Assembly: GCA_021161835.1 (NCBI GenBank)
Contig: JAGGZV010000066.1
Span: 12,108 to 76,107, forward strand
DNA length: 64,000 nt
Direction of reading: 5' to 3'
Origin: Thermotogota bacterium
GTDB lineage: Bacteria; Thermotogota; Thermotogae; UBA12178
The notes beneath the pieces are model-generated. The model ran no database searches and was not told the DNA's origin. It was given only the letters and a program-made list of their open reading frames with translations. Below are positions 9,799-18,594 of the stretch, piece by piece (the stretch's first letter is position 1; each line of letters opens with the position of its first letter). The position numbers and the translations under genes are program-made.

Positions 9799-10233
9799 AT
9801 GGGTTTAACTGTTAAGACAGGTTATGCTTTAAGAGCACTCTTGGAATTGGCCAAAGCTCAGAAGAATGGTGTGCGGTGGATGGCCGTCAAACAAATACTG
9901 TCTGTTCAGCCCATGCCAAGGGATTTCCTCGAAAAAATCCTCGGGGAACTCCGGGCTGCAGGAATAGTGCGCTCATCTCGAGGAAGAAATGGAGGATACG
10001 CGCTGGCAAAATCTGCTGGAAGAATAACCGTGAAATCCGTGGTGGATGTTCTGGAGAAACCCCTGAGGATGTTGAGATGTGTCGTGAGTGAAGAATGTCC
10101 GCGATTTGGTGATTGTGCTGTTAAATTTATATGGTACAGGGTCAACGACGTCATAAACAGAGAACTCTCGAAGCTCACGTTGAAAGACCTCATGGAAATG
10201 GAGAGGAAGATGAAGGAAGGGAAGAAACGTTGA
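9799..10233 (+). CDS. Rrf2-family transcriptional regulator with C-x5-C-x5-C (Fe-S type) motif
   Basis: The Rrf2 N-terminus is TGYALRALLELA, and the wing reads SSRGRNGGYALAK. The cysteines in RCVVSEECPRFGDC have IscR/NsrR spacing. Confidence 0.85.
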   Translation: MGLTVKTGYALRALLELAKAQKNGVRWMAVKQILSVQPMPRDFLEKILGELRAAGIVRSSRGRNGGYALAKSAGRITVKSVVDVLEKPLRMLRCVVSEECPRFGDCAVKFIWYRVNDVINRELSKLTLKDLMEMERKMKEGKKR

Positions 10234-10718
10234 ATTCAGGATTCATAGTGTATCCTGGTTCTTTCGATCCCATCACCTACGGGCACATAGATCTCATAGA
10301 AAGGGCCCTAAGAATATTTCCTCGGGTTCATGTGGTGGTAATGGAGAATCCCAGGAAAACTAGCCTCTTCACCCTGGATGAGAAGTACGAAATGATAGAT
10401 GAAAGTTTGAAAGGTCTTGAAGGTGTCACAGTGGAAAAATGGGAAGGTTTACTGGTGGATTATATGAGACAGACCGGTGCCAGAGTGGTACTCAGGGGAT
10501 TGAGAGCCTTTTCAGACTTCGATTACGAATTTCAAATGGCACTTGCCAATAAGTACATGTGTCCGGAAATAGAAATAGTCTTTCTGATGACGAATGTGAA
10601 GTATCATTTTCTATCCTCGTCGCTCGTCAAGGAAATATTCCAGATGGGAGGAGATGTTAGCCGCTGGGTTCCTCCCCCGGTTTTAAGATACCTTGAAAAG
10701 AAACTGGCAAAGAAATAA
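10230..10718 (+). CDS. coaD: Phosphopantetheine adenylyltransferase
   Basis: It carries YPGSFDPITYGHIDLIERA (the T/HxGH motif) and ISSSLVKE. The TTG start at 10230 overlaps the rrf2 TGA as TTGA. An alternative GTG lies at 10248. Confidence 0.92.
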   Translation: MNSGFIVYPGSFDPITYGHIDLIERALRIFPRVHVVVMENPRKTSLFTLDEKYEMIDESLKGLEGVTVEKWEGLLVDYMRQTGARVVLRGLRAFSDFDYEFQMALANKYMCPEIEIVFLMTNVKYHFLSSSLVKEIFQMGGDVSRWVPPPVLRYLEKKLAKK

Positions 10719-10724
10719 AACAAC

Positions 10725-10752
10725 GAGGGGGGTTCCACCCCCTCTGTTTATT
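10725..10752. terminator. Bidirectional rho-independent terminator between convergent coaD and gdh
   Basis: The 7-bp GC stem GAGGGGG/CCCCCTC spans 10725-10731 and 10738-10744. It is followed by TGTTTATT on the plus strand and by a T-rich run on the minus strand. Confidence 0.6.
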
Positions 10753-10765
10753 CCGTATCAAAATT

Positions 10766-12016
10766 TCATGGGTATATTCCTCGTTTTCGCGTTGCGTATG
10801 CCACTCTATCTATTGCCAGGATATACGCGGCCGTTCTCATATCTATGTTGTATTTTTCCTTGATCTTCATCACGTCCTCATATGCTTTGGTCATCATCTC
10901 TTCGAGTGCTGCCCTTATTTGATCTACTTTCCAGAAGAAGGCTTGAAGATCCTGTACCCATTCGAAGTAGGAAACTGTAACACCACCGGCATTGGCGAGG
11001 ATATCGGGAACGACGAGTATCCCTTTCTTGAAGAGTACTTCATCTGCTTCAGGTGTGGTGGGACCATTGGCCCCTTCCACGATTGCTTTTGCCCGTATAT
11101 TATCAACATTTCCTGCATGTATGGCGTTTTCCAGAGCAGCCGGAACCAGCACATCAACATCGAGTTCCAGCAGTTCTTCGTTGGTTATCTTCTGGCCTTT
11201 GGGATAAGTTACCACTGTACCCTGTGTTTTTTTGTGTTCGATTATGGCTTCCACGTCTATTCCTTCGGGATCGTAAATACCACCTTTACTGTCGCTTACA
11301 GCAACTATCTTACTGCCGAGTTCTTTGGCTATGAGGAGAGCACTGAACCGCCCAACGTTTCCAAAGCCCTGAACTGCTACCGTAGCTTTGCTGGTATCTA
11401 TACCCAGCGTCCTCATAGCCAGACCCGCACAAACTTTAACACCGCGGCCAGTTGCCTCTTCCCTTCCTCTCGATCCTCCAAGATCCACAGGTTTGCCGGT
11501 TACAACGCCCAGAGCGGTGTAACCAACGTTCATGCTGTAAGTGTCCATGTACCATGCCATTATGTCAGCATTCGTGTTGACATCCGGAGCGGGAATATCG
11601 TTGTGTGGACCTATAATGATCTGGATTTCCGAGAAGTATCGCCTGGATAATCTTTCTAGCTCTCTTTTTGAGAGTTTCTTGGGGTCAACCTTTATTCCAC
11701 CCTTTCCTCCACCGTAGGGTAGATTCATAACCGCTGTTTTCCATGTCATCCAGAAGGCCAGAGCTTTTACCTCGTCAAGGTTAGTGTCGGGATGATACCT
11801 TATTCCTCCTTTTGCAGGGCCTCGAGCTATGTTGTGTTGTACTCTGAAACCCGTGAAGACTTCAATGTGCCCGTCATCCATGACGACAGGAAATTCAACT
11901 ATGAGGCATCGTTTGGGTCTGCGAAGCACATCGGCAAGGTCAGGCTCCAGATCCATGATTTTAACTGCTTTGTTGAACTGTTCAACAGCGGTTTCGTACA
12001 GACTTCTTTCTGCCAT
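10766..12016 (-). CDS. gdhA: Glutamate dehydrogenase (Glu/Leu/Phe/Val dehydrogenase family)
   Basis: Motifs seen are GPAKGGIRYHP, LPYGGGKGGI and the Rossmann motif VAVQGFGNVG. A strong GGAGGGGG RBS precedes the ATG at 12016. Confidence 0.93.
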   Translation of the reverse strand: MAERSLYETAVEQFNKAVKIMDLEPDLADVLRRPKRCLIVEFPVVMDDGHIEVFTGFRVQHNIARGPAKGGIRYHPDTNLDEVKALAFWMTWKTAVMNLPYGGGKGGIKVDPKKLSKRELERLSRRYFSEIQIIIGPHNDIPAPDVNTNADIMAWYMDTYSMNVGYTALGVVTGKPVDLGGSRGREEATGRGVKVCAGLAMRTLGIDTSKATVAVQGFGNVGRFSALLIAKELGSKIVAVSDSKGGIYDPEGIDVEAIIEHKKTQGTVVTYPKGQKITNEELLELDVDVLVPAALENAIHAGNVDNIRAKAIVEGANGPTTPEADEVLFKKGILVVPDILANAGGVTVSYFEWVQDLQAFFWKVDQIRAALEEMMTKAYEDVMKIKEKYNIDMRTAAYILAIDRVAYATRKRGIYP

Positions 12017-12066
12017 CGTTTAACCCCCTCCTAATGATTTCGGGCTTTGCCCCTCCCAATGTGAAT

Positions 12067-12075
12067 TTTATACCA
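12067..12075 (-). promoter_or_regulatory. Putative extended -10 (TGgTATAAA on the minus strand) for gdh
   Basis: The reverse complement of 12067-12075 reads TGGTATAAA, about 55 nt upstream of the gdh start. No convincing -35 is present. Confidence 0.3.
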
Positions 12076-12220
12076 TGTTTCTTTACGATTTCTTGACAGG
12101 AACACTCATCGAATAGAACAGATCACGCTTACAGCGGTGAAGTCATAGAATGTGTCGAGATGTTCGTATGTCTATGATCTCGAAATGTGGGAAAATTGTG
12201 GAGTTGTTTTTAAACCAATA

Positions 12221-12229
12221 TGCTAGAAT
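12221..12229 (+). promoter_or_regulatory. Putative extended -10 element TGcTAGAAT for the Omp-alpha-like gene
   Basis: TG at 12221-12222 and TAGAAT at 12224-12229 lie 33 nt before ATG 12262. Confidence 0.3.
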
Positions 12230-12261
12230 CAAAGGAGAAAAACGTGTGGGAGGGATACACG

Positions 12262-13758
12262 ATGAGAAAATTGACGATTGTTTTGATATTTCTGGGATTC
12301 GTGGTGATGGTCGTCGCACAGCTTTCAGACGTTCCCATAAATCATTGGGCGTATGAAAGCGTTAAAAGACTTGTGTCCTTGAAGATATTGAGTGGATATC
12401 CAGATGGAACTTTCAGGGGAAACGAGAATCTCACAAGATATCAAGCGGCTGTGGCGCTGGATAGATTGATGAAGTATCTCGAGGCGAAGCTGCCGGCAGC
12501 CGTGGATCTCAGTGGTGTGAATTCCAAAATAAACGCTCTGAGCTCGGATCAGAAAGATTTGAAGAAACGTGTGGAAACTATAGAAGCGGTTCTAGAAGGT
12601 ATAGTTACAACGTTAAAAGATGTGAACGATTCGGACAAGGAGTTGCGTGAAGAGCTGGCGAACATAAAAAACGATTTGAAAGCTCTCAAAGATCAAGTGT
12701 TTGGTGGAATAGCGTATGGAGAAGTGGACAAGAGGATAGCTGAGAAGGTGACTCCCATGATACAAAAACTGGATTCCAACCTTTCTCGACTCGAGACCCA
12801 GCTGCAAAACTCCGTATCTCAGCTTCAGGCTACGCACGATAAGGATATCGCGGCTCTTTCTGCCAGATTGGCCGATCTTGAGAGTAAGACGGATAACATG
12901 TACACAACTCTGAACAGGAACGTGGAAGAAACAGCGAAGGCTGTGGCCGGTGTTGAAGAGCTCAAAAAGAACGTCGTCACATTGCAGGGATCGGTGACCG
13001 AATTCGAAATGAAGTTAAGATCCATAGAAGCGGGTGGTGTATCAGCCAATGTGGCGGATCAACTCAAAAAGTTGTCGGCAGGCGTGGCGAAGTTGGAGAG
13101 TGTGCAGAATGCTCTTCTGGATAAGGTTCAGAAGTTTGAAAAGCAGCTCAACGATATCAATGGAAAGTTCTCGGATCTTGAAATAAAGGACATGGAATTG
13201 GAAACACGCATAGCTGCTATTGAAGCGACTCCTTTTGCCTCCCAGATAGATGTGGTGAAGAAAATGATAGTCGATGTGAGTGCACGCCTGGATGCGCTGG
13301 AAGGAAAACAGCAGAATATAGAGAGTAACCTCGCTGACGTCGCCATGTTAAAGTCGGAATTGAACACGCTTCGTTCCATTCTCCAGGTTGATGAAGGCAA
13401 GATGGCCAACATGGAGGTAACTCTGCGCAATCACAGTTCGAAGATCTCCGAGATGGGTTCAAAAGTGGAGGAACTCGATGTCACCCAGAAGAAATTGAGT
13501 TCACGGGTTTCCGAGCTACAGAATCTTCTGGCAACTTCGGTTAGCGCCCAGGACACGCTGGTAAAGCAGCTGGAAGAGACCAGAAATGAAGTGAACAGCG
13601 TAAAAGAGATGGTTACCTCGAAGCCCTGGATGGAGGATATAAGCAGCTCCGCTACAGAAGTAACCGAGAAATTGACGGGTAAGGTGAATATGGCGATGCT
13701 TGTGGGGTTCCTCGGTATAGTTGTGGGAGCTGTTGCTCTGGTGCTCAGTTTCCAGTGA
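12262..13758 (+). CDS. Omp-alpha-like toga anchor: signal/TM, SLH domain, ~400-aa coiled coil, C-terminal membrane anchor
   Basis: ATG 12262 has a GGGAGGGA RBS. The SLH motif is DVPINHWAYESVKRLVSLKILSGYPDGTFRGNENLTRYQ. A long heptad-rich Glu/Lys/Leu region follows, then the C-terminal hydrophobic MAMLVGFLGIVVGAVALVLSFQ. This is the architecture described for Thermotoga maritima Omp-alpha. Confidence 0.75.
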   Translation: MRKLTIVLIFLGFVVMVVAQLSDVPINHWAYESVKRLVSLKILSGYPDGTFRGNENLTRYQAAVALDRLMKYLEAKLPAAVDLSGVNSKINALSSDQKDLKKRVETIEAVLEGIVTTLKDVNDSDKELREELANIKNDLKALKDQVFGGIAYGEVDKRIAEKVTPMIQKLDSNLSRLETQLQNSVSQLQATHDKDIAALSARLADLESKTDNMYTTLNRNVEETAKAVAGVEELKKNVVTLQGSVTEFEMKLRSIEAGGVSANVADQLKKLSAGVAKLESVQNALLDKVQKFEKQLNDINGKFSDLEIKDMELETRIAAIEATPFASQIDVVKKMIVDVSARLDALEGKQQNIESNLADVAMLKSELNTLRSILQVDEGKMANMEVTLRNHSSKISEMGSKVEELDVTQKKLSSRVSELQNLLATSVSAQDTLVKQLEETRNEVNSVKEMVTSKPWMEDISSSATEVTEKLTGKVNMAMLVGFLGIVVGAVALVLSFQ

Positions 13759-13774
13759 TGGAGGAGGTTTCAGG

Positions 13775-15070
13775 ATGGAGTGGGTGTACATCGAGGATCT
13801 CTCTGCTCACATCGGAAAAGATGTCGAGATACGTGGATGGGTGTGGCGAAGACGTAGCAGTGGAAAGATAGCTTTTCTGAATGTTCGAGATGGAACGGGT
13901 TTTGTGCAATGTGTTCTGGAAGAAAAGGATGATCCTGACCTTTTCCAGCGCGTTTCCAAGCTGGATATCGAAACCAGCATAATTGTCAGGGGCAGGGTGG
14001 TGTCGGATCCTCGATCACCTGGTGGTTTCGAGATAAGGTTGAATGGGGTAGAAGTGATTCACGAACCCATCGACCTCTTTCCCATCAGAAAGAAAGATCA
14101 TGGTGTTGACTTTCTCATGAATCATCGTCATCTCTGGATACGTTCCAAGAGACAGTTCCATGTTCTCAGGATACGCCACAGGATAATAAGAGCAATAAGA
14201 AACTTTTACGATGAGAAAGGATTCGTGCTCGTGGATACCCCCATCTTCACCGGGGCGATAGGTGAATCAGCAGGTAACACTTTCGAACTGGACTACTTCG
14301 ATTATGGGAAAGTTTACCTCGCTCAAACGGGACAACTCTATTTGGAAGCTGCCTGCATGGCGTTGGGACGTGTGTACAATTTCGGCCCGACGTTCAGAGC
14401 AGAAAAGTCGAAGACCAGAAGGCATCTCATAGAGTTCTGGATGAACGAGGCAGAAATGGCTTATTATGAACACGAAGACAACATGCGCTTGCAAGAGGAG
14501 CTGGTTACCTATGTGGTGAGAGACGTGCTTGAAAATGCCCTGGAACATCTCGAAGCTATCGGACGTGATGTGAGAAAGCTGGAGAAGGTGACCACACCTT
14601 TTCCACGTATAACGTACGACGATGCCATAAAACTGCTCAAAAAGAAAGGTTTCAATGTGGAATGGGGAGATGACATAGGCGGTGATGAAGAAACGGCCAT
14701 AAGCGAAGAATTCGATAAACCGGTGATCGTGGAGAAATATCCACGAAAAATAAAGGCCTTTTACATGCAACCTGATCCACAGAGACCTGAGGTGGTCCTG
14801 TGTGATGATATGCTGGCTCCCGAAGGATACGGGGAGATAATCGGTGCTTCTCAACGTATCCACGATTACGATCTTTTGAAAGAACGTATAGAAGAATTTG
14901 GATTGCCCCTTGAAGCTTACGACTGGTATCTGGATCTCAGAAAGTATGGTAGCGTACCTCATAGTGGATTCGGATTGGGATTGGAAAGAACGGTAGCATG
15001 GATATGTGGTTTGGAACACGTGAGGGAAGCTATACCTTTCGCGAGAACGTTGTACAGGGTATACCCGTGA
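13775..15070 (+). CDS. asnS: Asparaginyl-tRNA synthetase (class IIb)
   Basis: ATG 13775 has a GGAGGAGG RBS. The OB-fold N-terminus is IRGWVWRRRSSGKIAFLNVRDGTG. Motif 2 is FGPTFRAEKSKTRRHLIEFWMNEAEMA and motif 3 is GFGLGLERTV. The 432-aa size fits AsnRS, but an archaeal-type AspRS is not fully excluded. Confidence 0.85.
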   Translation: MEWVYIEDLSAHIGKDVEIRGWVWRRRSSGKIAFLNVRDGTGFVQCVLEEKDDPDLFQRVSKLDIETSIIVRGRVVSDPRSPGGFEIRLNGVEVIHEPIDLFPIRKKDHGVDFLMNHRHLWIRSKRQFHVLRIRHRIIRAIRNFYDEKGFVLVDTPIFTGAIGESAGNTFELDYFDYGKVYLAQTGQLYLEAACMALGRVYNFGPTFRAEKSKTRRHLIEFWMNEAEMAYYEHEDNMRLQEELVTYVVRDVLENALEHLEAIGRDVRKLEKVTTPFPRITYDDAIKLLKKKGFNVEWGDDIGGDEETAISEEFDKPVIVEKYPRKIKAFYMQPDPQRPEVVLCDDMLAPEGYGEIIGASQRIHDYDLLKERIEEFGLPLEAYDWYLDLRKYGSVPHSGFGLGLERTVAWICGLEHVREAIPFARTLYRVYP

Positions 15071-15082
15071 TGGAGGGATAAC

Positions 15083-16096
15083 ATGTCGGAGATTCTGTCG
15101 CCCCGTGCTATGGAAGGCGACGATTTCATGGTAAGTTTGAGACCGAGATGGTTGAAAGAATACGTGGGTCAGAGTAAGGTGAAGAAACGACTCGAAATAG
15201 CGATTGAAGCTGCGAGAATGCGCAACGAAGTTATAGATCATGTGTTGCTGGCTGGGCCTCCTGGTCTGGGCAAAACAACTCTGGCGCATGTTATAGCCAA
15301 CGAAATGGGAGCGACGATTCATACCACCAGTGGGCCGGTGATAGAAAGACAGGGAGATTTAGCTGCTATAATAACGAGTTTGGAATACGGCGATATCCTG
15401 TTCATAGATGAGATCCACAGATTGAGTCGCTCGGTGGAAGAAATACTTTATTCTGCGATGGAGGATTTCAGGATAGATATAATGATCGGTAAAGGGCCAG
15501 GCGCTCGTTCCATACGGGTGGATGTGCAACCGTTCACGTTGATAGGTGCAACCACTCGAAGCGGTTTGATAAGTTCTCCTCTGCGAAATAGATTCGGTAT
15601 GATCTTCGAGCTGGAATTCTACACGGTTGAAGAGCTGATGCAAATAGTGATGCGTTCAGCCAGAGTGCTGGGTATAGAGATAACAGAAGAGGGTGCCAAT
15701 TTCATAGCCTCACGGGCACGTGGAACTCCAAGGATAGCCAACAGATTGGTGAAACGCACTCGCGATGTGGCCACGGTACGCAAGATCGATAGGATAACCG
15801 TGGAAGTTGCCAGAGAGACCATGGAACTTTTCGAAATAGACGATCATGGGCTGGATGCCATGGACAGAAAGATACTCCGTACCATGATAGAACTCTACGG
15901 TGGTGGTCCCGTAGGATTGAAGGCTCTGGCCGCCAGTCTCGGTGTGGAACCGGATACCATAAGTGAGGTTTACGAACCCTACCTGCTACAGTCAGGTTTC
16001 ATAACCAGGACGCACAGAGGCAGGGTGGTGACCAGGAAAGCCCTGGAACATCTGGGTTACAAAACCAACTTTGGGCCCTTATGGGGTGAAGAATGA
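15083..16096 (+). CDS. ruvB: Holliday junction branch migration helicase RuvB
   Basis: Motifs seen are [23 protein letters not shown], Walker [17 protein letters not shown] and [10 protein letters not shown]. Confidence 0.95.
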   Translation: MSEILSPRAMEGDDFMVSLRPRWLKEYVGQSKVKKRLEIAIEAARMRNEVIDHVLLAGPPGLGKTTLAHVIANEMGATIHTTSGPVIERQGDLAAIITSLEYGDILFIDEIHRLSRSVEEILYSAMEDFRIDIMIGKGPGARSIRVDVQPFTLIGATTRSGLISSPLRNRFGMIFELEFYTVEELMQIVMRSARVLGIEITEEGANFIASRARGTPRIANRLVKRTRDVATVRKIDRITVEVARETMELFEIDDHGLDAMDRKILRTMIELYGGGPVGLKALAASLGVEPDTISEVYEPYLLQSGFITRTHRGRVVTRKALEHLGYKTNFGPLWGEE

Positions 16097-16794
16097 GAGT
16101 TGAAGTGCTCAAATGTAATTATGAAAGAGTGTTAAAGGAGATAAAGGTTGCCTGTGAAAACGTTGGAAGATCACCGGATGAGATAACCATCGTGGCCGTT
16201 ACCAAGAATGTCGATGTAAATACCATGATGCTTGCCCACAGTGTGGGGATAAAACATTTTGGTGAGAACAGAGCACAGGAACTGCGTGACAAGTATCCGG
16301 AGCTGGAGGATCTCGATGTAACATGGCATTTCATAGGGCGGATACAGACGAACAAGGTGAAATACTTTGTGCCAATTTGTGAGTATGTGCACTCACTCTG
16401 GCGCATCGAGGAAGCGAAAGAAATCCAGAAAAGGGCCGATAAACTGGGCAAGAACATCAAGATTTTTGTGGAGGTCAATATCGCGGGTGAAAGTACCAAA
16501 GCAGGATTGAACGAAGTGGAGTTGAAAGGATTCTTGAAAGAACTGAGGGTATACGATAGGCTGGAGATCATCGGACTCATGACCATGGCACCTTATGTAG
16601 AAAATCCGGAAGAGGTGAGGTGGGTTTTTAGAAGGTTAAGAGAGAAGCTGAATGAGCTGAAGAATCTGAACGGTGGAAATATAAAACTCGAGCATCTTTC
16701 GATGGGGATGAGCAACGATTACAGGATAGCGGTGGAAGAGGGAGCAACCTTCGTGAGAATAGGTACCGCAATATTCAGGGGAGGTGAAAAATGA
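16093..16794 (+). CDS. yggS: YggS-family pyridoxal-phosphate homeostasis protein
   Basis: It has the PLP lysine context VAVTKN, plus [19 protein letters not shown] and SMGMSNDY. It overlaps ruvB as ATGA. Confidence 0.88.
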   Translation: MRVEVLKCNYERVLKEIKVACENVGRSPDEITIVAVTKNVDVNTMMLAHSVGIKHFGENRAQELRDKYPELEDLDVTWHFIGRIQTNKVKYFVPICEYVHSLWRIEEAKEIQKRADKLGKNIKIFVEVNIAGESTKAGLNEVELKGFLKELRVYDRLEIIGLMTMAPYVENPEEVRWVFRRLREKLNELKNLNGGNIKLEHLSMGMSNDYRIAVEEGATFVRIGTAIFRGGEK

Positions 16795-17096
16795 TGTTCG
16801 TTCTATCCAATTTCATAAATGCGATAGCAGTAATATTGCGGATAATCATAGATTTCGAGATTTTCATGATAATAGTATCGGTGATACTGAGCTGGATAAT
16901 GCATATGAACTATCATCCCGTGCGTCAGTTCTTTGATTCCATGGCGGAGCTGGTTGTTGGCCCTATCAGACGCTGGTTGCCGTTCTTGCATATAGGGTTG
17001 GTGGATCTTTCGCCCATGGTTGCCATTCTACTGCTGATATTCCTCGATTCTTTCGTGGTTGAAACACTTTTCGACCTTGCGAGGGTTCTGAGATGA
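16791..17096 (+). CDS. yggT: YggT-family integral membrane protein
   Basis: It is a 101-aa protein with hydrophobic segments and lies in the conserved position after yggS. It has 4-nt overlaps on both sides. Confidence 0.75.
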   Translation: MMFVLSNFINAIAVILRIIIDFEIFMIIVSVILSWIMHMNYHPVRQFFDSMAELVVGPIRRWLPFLHIGLVDLSPMVAILLLIFLDSFVVETLFDLARVLR

Positions 17097-17902
17097 AAGC
17101 GGGTATCGCGTATAACCCCAAGATTCCCAATGCATTGAATAAGTGTGAGTTGATACGTGAGGAACTCAAAAAGAAGGGTGTTGAACCTTCTTTTATGGCC
17201 ACCATTTTCAATCTTCCTCCTGAAGCAAAATGTGATGTCCTGGTGATCGTAGGTGGAGATGGTTCGATGCTCCACTCGGTAAGGTGGTTGATGGAGCATG
17301 ATGTCCCTGCACTGGGTTTGAAGCTTGGTAGATTGGGGTTTCTCATGGCTTATTCCTTTGAGGAGCATGAGAGGGCGATTCTGGATCTGGTGGAGGGACG
17401 CTTGAAGGAAACAAAGTTGGATCTCATGAGCGTTGAGTACGGCAACATCCGGGAATGGGCACTCAACGATATGGTTGTGGAGCGGTTCGATTCTTACAGG
17501 ACCCTGGAAGTTTGTGTTGAAACTTCCGAAGGTGAACTGTGTTTTCTTGGTGATGGCGTTGTCGTTTCCAGTGCCGTAGGTTCCACTGCATATAACCTGG
17601 CTGTTGGTGGTGCCATAGTGATGCCACACCTGAGAGTTTTGCAGATAGCTCCAATGAACGTGCACGGGACGTTGAGAACATCGGTGGTGATAGGAGAACA
17701 TGAAAAGCTTTCTGTTAGATTGCGGGATGGAACGGCCAAAATGGTGGTGGATGGTTACAGGGTCTACAAATTGGATAAGGATGAGGAAGTGCTGGTTTCC
17801 CTTTCCACACGAAGCGTGAGGATTCTCGGAAATGCGAATAGAACGTTTTTCGAACTTTTGAAGAGAAAGTTCAATTACGGTGTCGGTAAATTGCGCGGAT
17901 GA
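17093..17902 (+). CDS. nadK: NAD kinase
   Basis: Motifs seen are VIVGGDGSML, GLKLGRLGFL, NDMVV and the GDGVVVSSAVGSTAYNLAVGG signature. Confidence 0.9.
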   Translation: MKAGIAYNPKIPNALNKCELIREELKKKGVEPSFMATIFNLPPEAKCDVLVIVGGDGSMLHSVRWLMEHDVPALGLKLGRLGFLMAYSFEEHERAILDLVEGRLKETKLDLMSVEYGNIREWALNDMVVERFDSYRTLEVCVETSEGELCFLGDGVVVSSAVGSTAYNLAVGGAIVMPHLRVLQIAPMNVHGTLRTSVVIGEHEKLSVRLRDGTAKMVVDGYRVYKLDKDEEVLVSLSTRSVRILGNANRTFFELLKRKFNYGVGKLRG

Positions 17903-18594
17903 AAGTGGAAGGTGATGGAATGGCCGGTACAACGGCACAGAAGATTCTCGACGGTTATTTTGATGAGTGTGCGGATTTTCTGAGAATGGGAGAAACCATC
18001 TTCGATCTATGGCTTGAAGCTCTGGAAACATACGATCGTCAACTGTTTGAAGAGGTTATAAATTCTGCTCCCAATGTAGAAAAGCAATATTCGAAGGTTT
18101 TAACTGCGTTCTTGACCACCATTTCTCTTGTCTTACCCGTTGGAAAAACTCTGAGAAAGATAACGGGATTTTACGACATGGTGAACGATACCTTCAACCT
18201 CATGGCGAATCTGAGAAAAGCTTCGGAACTCATCGTGATATTACCTGATCTCCATAGAGCTATCCCCGCAGATATTGTGAAGATGGCACGGTTGGTACGC
18301 AGGATGTACGACACGGCTTTGATAGTTGCTTTTGCTGCCGATGATCATCTTGAAATGGCTAAGCAGATATGTGCTCTGGACAACAAGGTGGATGTTTACG
18401 AACGTGCAATATCGTCTGAACTTTTGAAAACCCAGACGGAGAGAAGTTTTAATCTTCTGAAAGCCGTAGGACACATCGAAGAAATGGGGGATATATGTAC
18501 AGACATAATTTGTAAAGCTGTGTTCGCCGTTGACGACATTCTGTGCTTCTGTTATAACGACACGCTGATAATATCGGAGGGCCATAATTTGTGA
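17899..18594 (+). CDS. PhoU-domain-like protein (divergent)
   Basis: It looks like a two-repeat helical protein. The second repeat, KQICALDNKVDVYERAISSELL...LLKAVGHIEEMGDICTDI, resembles the PhoU D-x-x-x-D / ERIGDHA pattern. The assignment rests on pattern similarity only. Confidence 0.5.
   Translation: MKVEGDGMAGTTAQKILDGYFDECADFLRMGETIFDLWLEALETYDRQLFEEVINSAPNVEKQYSKVLTAFLTTISLVLPVGKTLRKITGFYDMVNDTFNLMANLRKASELIVILPDLHRAIPADIVKMARLVRRMYDTALIVAFAADDHLEMAKQICALDNKVDVYERAISSELLKTQTERSFNLLKAVGHIEEMGDICTDIICKAVFAVDDILCFCYNDTLIISEGHNL

Noticed and set aside
14267-15322. 351-aa ORF on the minus strand spanning the asnS 3' end and ruvB 5' end
   Set aside because: It is exactly antisense to two genes with unmistakable motifs. 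Its translation is His/Phe/Arg/Ser-rich with no recognisable motif, no RBS and no plausible start context. It is a shadow ORF.
16925-18031. 368-aa minus-strand ORF antisense to yggT, nadK and the PhoU-like gene
   Set aside because: The same reasoning applies. It is antisense to a translationally coupled gene chain, has a low-complexity translation and no RBS.
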